Positions 24,968-32,993 of a stretch of 50,077 nucleotides of DNA are shown in pieces; within the stretch, counting starts at the first letter, position 1, and each line of letters starts with the position of its first letter. Below the pieces are notes generated by a model, which worked only from the letters and a program-made list of their open reading frames with translations, made no database searches and was not told the DNA's origin. The translations under genes were made by a program, and so were the position numbers. Source of the DNA: a virus (Duplodnaviria; Caudoviricetes); the IMG/VR virus record IMGVR_UViG_3300025519_000005, positions 1-50,077 of that record; one strand, written 5' to 3'.

Positions 24968-26692
24968 TCACTTAATTCTGTCGATGCCGGGCGGTCTTCT
25001 GATCCCGTCTGCAATCTTCAACATTTCCTGCCACAATTCCATTTTACGTTTTTTGGATGTGGAAGACAACCGGTACTCTTCGTATAGCTCGTGCAATTTA
25101 TCTTGCTTGAGATCAAAACTTTCCGGAGTATGGAATTGCAATTCGTACGGTGTGCCATTGGGCGCTATCAGTACGACGTTTATACCGTTGTATGGATTTT
25201 GTGGCTCATTCCAGGAATTTTTTACCTTTTTGACAGTGTGTCCTTCGTTGATAAGATTCAGTATTACAGCCGCATACAGACTGTAGTATCGATCCGGTTC
25301 CGCGACAGCCGTATAGCGTAGCACATCGTTAATCGACTTCGCTACATCCTGGGGCGTCAGCGCAGGGTTTATTTCCAAATCGCGCTCCAAGTCGGTCGTA
25401 ACCTTGCGGATGAATGAGTCGCGCGTTTTGATTCGATAGTCGAGTCCGGCCATCTCCCCGCCCGCATCCGTAACTGCCTTAGTGACCGTGGAAGTTATAT
25501 CGGGCTCGGATGCTGCGATAGACTTGTAGTGTTCATCCAATTCCTCGCGCGCCCCATCAGCCATCTCCCGCGCCGCCTTCTGCCGTTCCTCTGGTGTACT
25601 CGGCGGTTCCACTTGCCGTGTCGTTGGCGGTTCGACTGCCTTCGGCTTGGCCGGCTCCGTGGCCCCAGGCGCGTGTTTCTCCGCCCATTCCTTGTAGGTC
25701 ATATCTCCCGGGACCATATACGTTTTGCCGCCGTCATCCCGCGCTGCGCGCTCGCCGGCCGCAGCATCCTCAAAATACGGGATCGTCGTCGAGCGGCAAT
25801 AGACGTGCAACGGCGGGTAGTTGACTCCGGCCTTTGCCTCACTGATCGGTATGATTTTCCCGTCCATTCCCCTGCAAATCTCCGAAGTGCGTAAATCCAG
25901 CGTCGCAACAAACTTGTATTTCTCGACGCCCATTTCCCGGTACGCGTCCAATCGGGACTGACCGGAGAAAAATGCCGCCTCTGTCCGAATCAAACGGGCC
26001 GCTGCATGCTTGCTCACGTTCATCCGTTCCGCGAAATCGGCGATCACCCGCTCGGCAGGCTCCCCGCGGATCAGGTCCTGCGTCAAAATCGTCTGCAGCT
26101 CGTTGACCAGCTTGTCGCGATCCTTCCAAATGCGCGCTGAGAAATTCGATCCATCCGGCGCCCAAGGCTTGGATAGCACCTTGTCAATCTGGCGATCGTC
26201 GAGCATGGCGAACGACAAGCCAACGCCCGTTCCTTTCTGCAGTTCGTAGACGGATCGGTAATAGCTGTCCTTGTAAATATTCCCGAGCGTGTCCGTCGTG
26301 CCTTTCAGCCGCTTCGCCGCGAGCTGCTCAATTTCATTTCGAAGATGCATCTCGAGCTCTTGCAACCTCGTGATATGCACCTTCGCGCTGGCGTTTTCGA
26401 GCTCGCGCATCCAACGCTGGTCGACGGCGTTCTCGCGGCCGCGCTGAATGTATTCCTCAACGGTCCAACGAAACTCCTTCAGCTCGTTCCGGTCAAGCAA
26501 CTTCCGGGCTTCCGCGAGGCTGATGTCATTGTTTTTGGCCAGCCGCGCATACCAGGCTTCCGTCTGCTTTCTGATCTTAGCAAGGGCTTTCTCATACTCC
26601 TCGTTCTGCTTCCGGATATACTCTTCGCCCTTCGCCAGCATCGCCTCGTTCAGCTGGTCCATCCGGCGCGCCCAGTATTCTTCGGGTTTCAT
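24968..26692 (-). CDS. MuF/SPP1 gp7 minor head protein with C-terminal RelA/SpoT-like (Apk2-type) alarmone synthetase toxin domain
   Basis: MuF motifs RLIRTE, ATLDLRTSEIC, PPLHVYCRST; C-terminal RIKTRDSFIRK, DVLRY, YNGIN, ELQFHT. Confidence 0.88.
   Translation of the reverse strand: MKPEEYWARRMDQLNEAMLAKGEEYIRKQNEEYEKALAKIRKQTEAWYARLAKNNDISLAEARKLLDRNELKEFRWTVEEYIQRGRENAVDQRWMRELENASAKVHITRLQELEMHLRNEIEQLAAKRLKGTTDTLGNIYKDSYYRSVYELQKGTGVGLSFAMLDDRQIDKVLSKPWAPDGSNFSARIWKDRDKLVNELQTILTQDLIRGEPAERVIADFAERMNVSKHAAARLIRTEAAFFSGQSRLDAYREMGVEKYKFVATLDLRTSEICRGMDGKIIPISEAKAGVNYPPLHVYCRSTTIPYFEDAAAGERAARDDGGKTYMVPGDMTYKEWAEKHAPGATEPAKPKAVEPPTTRQVEPPSTPEERQKAAREMADGAREELDEHYKSIAASEPDITSTVTKAVTDAGGEMAGLDYRIKTRDSFIRKVTTDLERDLEINPALTPQDVAKSINDVLRYTAVAEPDRYYSLYAAVILNLINEGHTVKKVKNSWNEPQNPYNGINVVLIAPNGTPYELQFHTPESFDLKQDKLHELYEEYRLSSTSKKRKMELWQEMLKIADGIRRPPGIDRIK
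25041..25069 (-). promoter_or_regulatory. Internal sigmaA-like promoter for the immunity gene
   Basis: TTGTCT-N17-TAAAAT inside the toxin coding region, about 80 bp upstream of the immunity ATG. Confidence 0.5.
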
Positions 26693-28155
26693 TCGTCGTC
26701 ACCGTCGCCGACCTGTTGATCTGGCGGCAATCCGCCGTATGCGGCCGCCGCGGCATCCCGTTGCTTCTGTATCCGGTCCAGCTCCTCCTGCACATCCGTC
26801 ACCCACGGGTGCTGCGCGACGAGCGTTTCCTCCGAGAGGATGCCGACGCTGTTTCGGATGTTCGTGATAGTGTCGGTCTCGTTTATCAAGATGTCGCGGT
26901 TGAGCACGAATTCGACATCCTCGTCCGCGAAGTCCCCGGCGCCAGTGTTGGCCAGGTGAACGTTCACGAACCAGAGCAGCTGCTCGAGGCTCGCCTGGAA
27001 CTCGGTTTCCATGATGTTGGCATCCATGTCGAGATCCGCGTACAGGAATTTCAACGCGATACCCGACTTGTCCCCGCCGAACCGCTCGGACTGGGTGTCC
27101 ACCCCGCGGCCAAACTCGTAAATGTCCTTGCGCAGCCGATCCAGGTGCTTCTCGGTCGCTTCTGTATCGATGTCCAGGCTGAGCGTGTCAACGCCTCCTT
27201 GACCGCCCTCTTCACTGAACACCTTCACAGCCCGATATGTTGCCATGTTGCGCCGGAACTCTCCGAGATCCTGCCCGTCGTAATTTTTGAGCACGAATAT
27301 CGAATTGGGCAGATCCTCCAGGTTGTTCGCATGATCGCTGGTCTTGGCATCGTAATCGTCGACAAGCGATTTCACAACCTGAATAAGCGGTAGTTCCTCG
27401 TCGTTGTACTTGAAGCAGACGAACGGTACGCGCTCCCAGTTGAACCCCTGCTCCTGCCCGTCCTGAACAGCGATGAAATGGCTGCCAACCTCGCCCGCCT
27501 CGACATCCGGAATCAGGCCGCCCTCGCTGAGCACATACCGACGCACGCCGGACGTTTCCCAGAACTCGACCTTCGTAATGATCTTCCGGGTCATTCCTTC
27601 GTAGACCTCGACCTCATACACCCGAATGACAGCATCCAGCTCCGTATGATCGGCATCTCGCCACAGCGGGACGATCTCCTCGGCCGGAATCTTTTTGAAT
27701 GACAGCGCGCCGTTTTCGTCGTAATAGACATGCAGCCAAGCCTTGCCTTTGTTCACAGCTTCTTTCCCGAGATTTTTCAACAACCGCAAAAAAGACTTGT
27801 CGAAGACCGAGTTCAACAGGTCTAGATACTGCTGATTTTCAGTCTGAATACTCAATGGCTTCCCTAACAGATAGCCGACCTTCTGATCGACGAGCTTGCG
27901 GACAAACGCATGGACCAGCTTGTTATTTGCAAGATTGGTGACCTCGACCAGCTCGCCATTCTCACCGATCGCCGTGCGCTTGCGCTGCAGGATGTCGTGA
28001 TCGCCGGCATAATACCGCTGCCCGATCAGCATCCAGTTTCGCTCATCGGACGTAAGCCAGTCGCTGACCTCGAGTTTGACGATCTCCTCAAGGCTCATCG
28101 CTGACCGAGCGCCGGCTTCGACGATATCGATGATACGTTGCGTTTCGGTGGGCAT
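26689..28155 (-). CDS. SPP1-type portal protein
   Basis: NNKLVH..LVDQKVGYLLGKP, VPFVCFKYN, LVDDYD, SGIALKFLY. Confidence 0.93.
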   Translation of the reverse strand: MPTETQRIIDIVEAGARSAMSLEEIVKLEVSDWLTSDERNWMLIGQRYYAGDHDILQRKRTAIGENGELVEVTNLANNKLVHAFVRKLVDQKVGYLLGKPLSIQTENQQYLDLLNSVFDKSFLRLLKNLGKEAVNKGKAWLHVYYDENGALSFKKIPAEEIVPLWRDADHTELDAVIRVYEVEVYEGMTRKIITKVEFWETSGVRRYVLSEGGLIPDVEAGEVGSHFIAVQDGQEQGFNWERVPFVCFKYNDEELPLIQVVKSLVDDYDAKTSDHANNLEDLPNSIFVLKNYDGQDLGEFRRNMATYRAVKVFSEEGGQGGVDTLSLDIDTEATEKHLDRLRKDIYEFGRGVDTQSERFGGDKSGIALKFLYADLDMDANIMETEFQASLEQLLWFVNVHLANTGAGDFADEDVEFVLNRDILINETDTITNIRNSVGILSEETLVAQHPWVTDVQEELDRIQKQRDAAAAAYGGLPPDQQVGDGDDE

Positions 28156-28169
28156 TGGTTTCACCCCTT

Positions 28170-29474
28170 TCAGTTGAACGAAATAGCCGCCGGTCGCATA
28201 ACCACGGTGTTCACGAAATACCGATCGCCGTCCATCTGGTGGTCGTTCTGCTTGATTGGCTTTTCCTCCCCGCGCTCCGCCGCCTTCTCATCCCAGACGT
28301 AAGACGCGAATTCGCGGAACGTTTCCTTGCAGCAGTCGTTATACAGAATTCGTCCGGTATTCAGCGCCGTGGCCATGTTGCGGATGCCCTCCAGCACGTC
28401 ATTGCGTGCTTGCCGGACCGCAAACCGGCCTTTTTTCCGAATCAACGCTATGAACGACGCCGCCGACGGGTCGATAATGATCGCGCGCGGTTGAATGTCT
28501 CCGACGAACTCCTCCAGGTCATGGTAATATTCCTCATCGGTTTTCTGCCGTCCCTTCTGCCGGCCGTCGTAATGATACTCCCGGATCTTGTACCAGGCAC
28601 TTTCAAACTCATGCGGGTTCGCCTTTGACGGCGCCGGGACGTACCCCCACAGCCCAAATGTCATCGGGTTCTGCGTACCGTAGTCGACGCTGACGTAATA
28701 CTGCGAATACGGCCGATCGACGGTCGTCCGGACATGCTTATCCGGGTCGAACATGTCGTAGATGATACCCTCGGCAAGCACCCACAGCCCAAGGATGTAT
28801 CGGCGATAGAACACGCCGCTGTACATCCGCCGATATCGCTCTTTGACGCGCTCGGACAGGCTGAGATTATCGTCCATTGTGAAATGCAGATGCAGCGCAT
28901 GCTTTTTATCAAGTTGATCCAGCCATTCGAGTTTGAACCAATGGAACGGGCCCGCCGGGTTACAGTTAAACCACAATTTAGAGCCATCAACCGAGCACCG
29001 CGCCGTCGCCTGGTTCACAAACGATTGCGGCATGAGCGCGACCTCGTCAAAGAACATGCCCGCGAGCGTAATCCCTTGAATCAGGTCCTGGCTGCGCTCG
29101 TCTTTGCCGCCGAAAAGGAAAAAGTAATTGACCTTGCCGCCGCGCGAGATCACCAGAAGGTTGTCGGCGCGCCGATCATCGACATGATAGCCGCGGCTCA
29201 CAAGCATCTGCTTGAGTGGCCCGATGACGTTCCGGCGTAGCGCCCCGATTGTCTTTCCAGACATGCCGAACTGCTGGCCGTTGAACGACGACATCGCCCA
29301 GACGACATAGCTGAACGACATCGACGCCGTTTTCCCGGCGCGCACGGACCCGTCACAGATGATTGCGTCCTTGTCCCGGTGCGGGCTGCCCGGCATCCAC
29401 CAGGTGAGGACCTGCAGCTGCTTCCGGCTGAACGGATGCCAGCGGAACGATGCTATGCGGCTCATAACGGTCAT
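28170..29474 (-). CDS. terL: Terminase large subunit (PBSX family)
   Basis: DGSVRAGKT Walker A, FFDEVAL, NCNP, DYGTQNP, DPSAAS, NDHQMDGDRY. Confidence 0.95.
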   Translation of the reverse strand: MTVMSRIASFRWHPFSRKQLQVLTWWMPGSPHRDKDAIICDGSVRAGKTASMSFSYVVWAMSSFNGQQFGMSGKTIGALRRNVIGPLKQMLVSRGYHVDDRRADNLLVISRGGKVNYFFLFGGKDERSQDLIQGITLAGMFFDEVALMPQSFVNQATARCSVDGSKLWFNCNPAGPFHWFKLEWLDQLDKKHALHLHFTMDDNLSLSERVKERYRRMYSGVFYRRYILGLWVLAEGIIYDMFDPDKHVRTTVDRPYSQYYVSVDYGTQNPMTFGLWGYVPAPSKANPHEFESAWYKIREYHYDGRQKGRQKTDEEYYHDLEEFVGDIQPRAIIIDPSAASFIALIRKKGRFAVRQARNDVLEGIRNMATALNTGRILYNDCCKETFREFASYVWDEKAAERGEEKPIKQNDHQMDGDRYFVNTVVMRPAAISFN

Positions 29475-29663
29475 CGATACACCAACCGCCCGGACATCTG
29501 TACAAAATCCGTGATTTTGCGAACATGTCCCGCCAGCCGAGCCCGGAAACCAGCCGTTTTCGACCAAAATCCGCGAATTCGATGACGTGGAACATAGCGA
29601 AAAACGGCCAAAAAACGAAAAGTACGATCTCGCGATTTCTTGCGAAATCTCCGTTTTTCGCGA

Positions 29664-30260
29664 TCATTCATTTTCGGGATCGTCCTCATCCTTGTCATCA
29701 TCCCATGCCTCCGCCACCTTGGCTTCGAGAGCTTCCAGAAAACCGTCGTCCGTCGGTTCATCGGTTTTCCCGTTTGCCGTGATCCTGTGCTTGAGCTCGA
29801 GCAACTTCGCCTTTTTCTCCTGCACCCGGGTCAGCGCTTCCTCGATCGCCTGGATCTGGCCGATTGTCCCCTCGGCTTCCCGCAGATTCGTCTTTTTCCC
29901 TTTCTCCACGCCGACTGAATGACGCACGACCGTGAAATCCCCTACTGCGCGCAGGCGTTCGATCCGCTGCAGCATGCGGCGTTCCCGGATTGTGATGAGG
30001 CGCAGCTCCTCGTCGATCTGTTTCAGAACGTCCGTGTCAACGGCACGAAAAAGGACGCATTCCTCGGGATCGAGGGCGTCCATCCAGATGGTTTCGTATT
30101 CGCCGGTCTTGACGGCATTTTTATTTCGCTTCGGCGGCCCCGTCGATTTACCGCCGTGCATCCGGCATCGGCCGTTCGCCATCGCGCGATTCCGACACGG
30201 CAGCCCGCTACGAGTCTTGGCGCCGCAGTAGTTTGCATGAGGTTGTTTTTCCGCTGCCAC
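29664..30260 (-). CDS. terS: Terminase small subunit (HGGxSTG domain)
   Basis: CGAKTRSG..C..NGRCRMHGGKSTGP, NKNAVKTG, IEEALTRVQ. Confidence 0.88.
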   Translation of the reverse strand: MAAEKQPHANYCGAKTRSGLPCRNRAMANGRCRMHGGKSTGPPKRNKNAVKTGEYETIWMDALDPEECVLFRAVDTDVLKQIDEELRLITIRERRMLQRIERLRAVGDFTVVRHSVGVEKGKKTNLREAEGTIGQIQAIEEALTRVQEKKAKLLELKHRITANGKTDEPTDDGFLEALEAKVAEAWDDDKDEDDPENE

Positions 30261-30459
30261 TACACGACCACCACCTCACCAATTGACCGTTGTGTTAATT
30301 TCTGGTATCATCTCATTGACCGCTCGGGAAGCACCCGGCGGTGTTTTAGTTTCGGGAGCCGCCCCGCACCGCTCCGGTCGCGGCAGGAGGAGGGACTGGC
30401 GCATACCCCAGCAAGGCGGCTGGCAATATCGACAACTCCCGCATCTGCCACCACGGGAG

Positions 30460-30600
30460 TTATTCGCGGACGCATGCCTGGCGAGAGCAATACTGCTTCG
30501 TCCCGCACCATCTGCCCCATACGCAGCCAACGCACTTGGCTGGCTGATTCGGGACGGACTGCGCTCGTTTTAGTTTGGCATATTCTTGTAGCGGCGTCAT
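30460..30600 (-). CDS. Small Cys-rich protein (not in ORF track)
   Basis: RBS GAGGAG; MTPLQEYAKLK..QPAKCVGCVWGRWCGTKQYCSRQACVRE. Confidence 0.6.
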   Translation of the reverse strand: MTPLQEYAKLKRAQSVPNQPAKCVGCVWGRWCGTKQYCSRQACVRE

Positions 30601-30620
30601 AGGTCGTCAGCTCCTCGGAT

Positions 30621-30682
30621 AAACAAAAAGAGCCCAGGCCAATTGGCCGGACTCAATCAAAAAGCGCCCGTGAAGGACGCTT
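30621..30682 (-). terminator. Two tandem terminator-like hairpins
   Basis: AAGCGTCC-TTCAC-GGGCGCTTTTT and GAGTCCGGCC-AATT-GGCCTGGGCTC-TTTTTGTTT on the minus strand. Confidence 0.55.
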
Positions 30683-30890
30683 AGTCAATCAAATCTTTCC
30701 TCGAAAACCTTGCAGGCAGACCATCCTGGGTAAATGGTTCGTGGCCCTTTATTTCCCCGTTCCTCCACAATTCAAGCAGAACCCGTGTTACTTCTTCTTC
30801 GTTCCCTGCTTCACCTATTGCTTCAGCAATCTGGCTAAAGCTCACATCCAGATTCTGCGTCTCCAAATACGCCAAGATTTTTTCCCGCAA
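30681..30890 (-). CDS. Small winged-helix-like protein
   Basis: RBS AAGGAG, TTG start; REKILAYL..VSFSQIAEAIG..VTRVLLELWRNGEI. Confidence 0.6.
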   Translation of the reverse strand: MREKILAYLETQNLDVSFSQIAEAIGEAGNEEEVTRVLLELWRNGEIKGHEPFTQDGLPARFSRKDLID

Positions 30891-30937
30891 GGAATCCACT
30901 CCTTGAAAAAGGGCGCACTAAGGGTACTGTATGAATG

Positions 30938-30976
30938 ACGACATTTGTACGACAAAAATACGACACAAATACGACA
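30938..30976. promoter_or_regulatory. Four phased direct repeats ACGACA (11-bp period), candidate late-activator sites
   Basis: ACGACA at 30938, 30949, 30960 and 30971, directly after the Xpf-like stop. Confidence 0.65.
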
Positions 30977-30981
30977 AACAA

Positions 30982-31431
30982 TCAAGAAATAAATCGCTCA
31001 ACCTTCGCTTTTGCCCTGGATAGGAACGTTTGTACGCTCCTCCTAGACACTTTCAATCTATCAGCAATCTCAGAAATTGTCAACCCATGCGCCATATGCA
31101 AGAGCCAGCACGTCAGCTCGCGCTCGGTCATCACGGCTACGCAGTCGATCAGGCGCCTGCGCTCTTCGTCTGTCAGCGGTTCGGCGCTCGCCAGCAGCTC
31201 CCGCCGGCGGTAGATGTCCCGCCGCTCTGCACCCCGGCGGCTGCCGGGTCTACGTCCGCGTCGCATCCAGTCCAGCGAATACCGCATATCTCTCAGCATG
31301 CCGGAGACAGTTCGGGACTCGTCAGCCTCGTCCGGGTTGGCACGATCGAGGGACCGGCGGTAGTTGTCCAGGTTGCGGATACCGGCGGTGTACTGATTGA
31401 TCAAGTCAGCGATCAGGTTGTGCTCGATCAT
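30982..31431 (-). CDS. xpf: Xpf-like positive-control sigma-like factor (late activator)
   Basis: MRYSLDWMRRGRRPGSRRGAERRDIY and region-4 HTH TERE..GLTISEIADRLKVSRRSVQTFLSRA, as in PBSX Xpf. Confidence 0.85.
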   Translation of the reverse strand: MIEHNLIADLINQYTAGIRNLDNYRRSLDRANPDEADESRTVSGMLRDMRYSLDWMRRGRRPGSRRGAERRDIYRRRELLASAEPLTDEERRRLIDCVAVMTERELTCWLLHMAHGLTISEIADRLKVSRRSVQTFLSRAKAKVERFIS

Positions 31432-31582
31432 GCTTGACACCTCCCCGGTATTGATCTGCATGACGCAGCACGTACTCCCGCTCATCGACGCGGATCACGG
31501 TCGGGACGCCGCGCCGGACTTTCAGGATGGTCACCAGCTGCCGGTAAGATTCCCCGGGGCGCGCCTGCTTAGGACCGATCAT
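31406..31582 (-). CDS. Small hypothetical protein (not in ORF track)
   Basis: RBS AAGGAGG; LVTILKVRRGVPTVIRVDEREYVL. Confidence 0.55.
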   Translation of the reverse strand: MIGPKQARPGESYRQLVTILKVRRGVPTVIRVDEREYVLRHADQYRGGVKHDRAQPDR

Positions 31583-31860
31583 CGGCTGTTCGCCTCCTTC
31601 TGCTGGAGCTCTTGCCGAATCGCTTCCCAGCCTTCAGGGTCATACCGCCGGAGCTCGCCAAACGTGATCTCATCGCCATATTCCATGTGTCTATCCCAAT
31701 ACTCTTGACACGTCGGGCACCAATACATCGTCTCAATCTCGCCATCAACAGACGTGACAGCGTTCATCCGCGTCCCCGGCGGATATTTGAGCCCGCATCC
31801 GCAGCAGACATGCGGCTTGCGGGTTGTCACAACTTTCGCCGAAAGAATGATGCTCACCAC
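31579..31860 (-). CDS. Zinc-finger phage protein
   Basis: TRKPHVCCGC..YWCPTC; RBS GGGAGGTG. Confidence 0.65.
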   Translation of the reverse strand: MVSIILSAKVVTTRKPHVCCGCGLKYPPGTRMNAVTSVDGEIETMYWCPTCQEYWDRHMEYGDEITFGELRRYDPEGWEAIRQELQQKEANSR

Positions 31861-32033
31861 TCGCACCTCCCACTCGGGCAGTCTTTGCCGTAGGCGGTGG
31901 ATTCGTCGGGTATGTTGAGCAGTCGCTTCAAATCTTCTTTTCTGCAACGTTCGCATACCTTGATTTTCTTTGCGTAGTGGTTGGTTGGCATTTCCGTCAG
32001 TTCTCCGCCGCAACGTTCACAACGATTGTTCAT
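31854..32033 (-). CDS. Small zinc-ribbon protein
   Basis: CERCGG..CERC..CPSGRCEW. Confidence 0.6.
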   Translation of the reverse strand: MNNRCERCGGELTEMPTNHYAKKIKVCERCRKEDLKRLLNIPDESTAYGKDCPSGRCEW

Positions 32034-32508
32034 CCCTTTCCCCTCCCGTAAGCTGAGGCAACAACGCCGGCATCCGACCGGTCCGGTAGCTGTCCTCGAT
32101 CTGCGGCAGCATGTACTCCCCGACCGTGCGGCCGTCAGGCAGCACGATGTGCGCCATAAACTCGTCCTCAAAAATCGTGATGCCGGCTTCGACCGCCTCC
32201 AGCTTCGCCTTGATGACCAGGGCCAGGGCCCGCCACCGCTGGCGCACCGCCTGCTCATAAGCAGCCTCCTGTTGCTCCGGCGACCGCAGATTGCCGCGGG
32301 CCGGCGTGTGCGTGAATTCGCGGTCGTTTCGGTCGGGAAGCGGCAGGATGAACTTCACTTGCTTCCCGTTCATCTGGAACCCGACGAGGGCGCGGCCCTC
32401 CTGCCACCCATACATGAATCCGGTGGCACCGTATCGCGAAAGCGTCCGCTCGATCTCCGCCCGCGATTGGGCGGATGAGACTTGTGTGTTTTCAGCATAT
32501 CTGGGCAT
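32017..32508 (-). CDS. Conserved phage hypothetical protein
   Basis: YAENTQVS..SRAEIE..QRWRALALVIKAKLEAVEAGI..FMAHIVLPDG. Confidence 0.75.
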   Translation of the reverse strand: MPRYAENTQVSSAQSRAEIERTLSRYGATGFMYGWQEGRALVGFQMNGKQVKFILPLPDRNDREFTHTPARGNLRSPEQQEAAYEQAVRQRWRALALVIKAKLEAVEAGITIFEDEFMAHIVLPDGRTVGEYMLPQIEDSYRTGRMPALLPQLTGGERDEQSL

Positions 32509-32773
32509 CTTCCTTGGCTCCTTTCTCTACCGGCTCCAACCACTTCACCGGCGGCGCGTAATAATCGCAACCGTTCCCCGACGCCCGCGGGACCGCGACC
32601 AGCGCGCGTCTGTTCGTGCTGATTCTGTCACCTTTGAATCGCGTTTTCGGCAGTCCGGTCGGCAGGTATTTTCGTGCGTCCTCGCCGGGCTCGATGATGG
32701 CGATGACATTCCCTGTTTTGGTTTTCACTACGCCCTGGGACACGCTCGTCCAGGTAACGGTTCGTCCGATCAT
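32492..32773 (-). CDS. Hypothetical phage protein
   Basis: GRTVTWTS..KTKTGNVIA..YYAP; ATGA overlap. Confidence 0.6.
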   Translation of the reverse strand: MIGRTVTWTSVSQGVVKTKTGNVIAIIEPGEDARKYLPTGLPKTRFKGDRISTNRRALVAVPRASGNGCDYYAPPVKWLEPVEKGAKEDAQIC

Positions 32774-32976
32774 CCTTGCCCCAACTCCTCCCTCACGATC
32801 TCCGCCAACATCGCCCTCCGCTCCGCCGGCGGAGAGTTTTGCAACAGTTTCCGGATCGCATTCAGCGTCTCTTGATACGTCGCCCGCCGCGGCGCCGACT
32901 CTGCCGTGATAGCCACGCCGGTCTCGGAGCTCACGCGGCGGCTGTACCTGTATAGGCAATGTGTCTTCCTGGGCAT
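32770..32976 (-). CDS. Hypothetical phage protein
   Basis: RBS GAGGGGGAG, ATG at 32976. Confidence 0.5.
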   Translation of the reverse strand: MPRKTHCLYRYSRRVSSETGVAITAESAPRRATYQETLNAIRKLLQNSPPAERRAMLAEIVREELGQG

Positions 32977-32993
32977 CGTACTGGCTCCCCCTC

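Noticed and set aside
29353-29667. ORF bridging terS and terL, and the 29567 upstream start of terL
   Set aside because: No recognisable protein features; terL homology and an RBS fit the ATG at 29474.
31024-31035. GAACGTTTGTAC as an SOS box
   Set aside because: Core mismatch and lies inside the xpf-like coding sequence.
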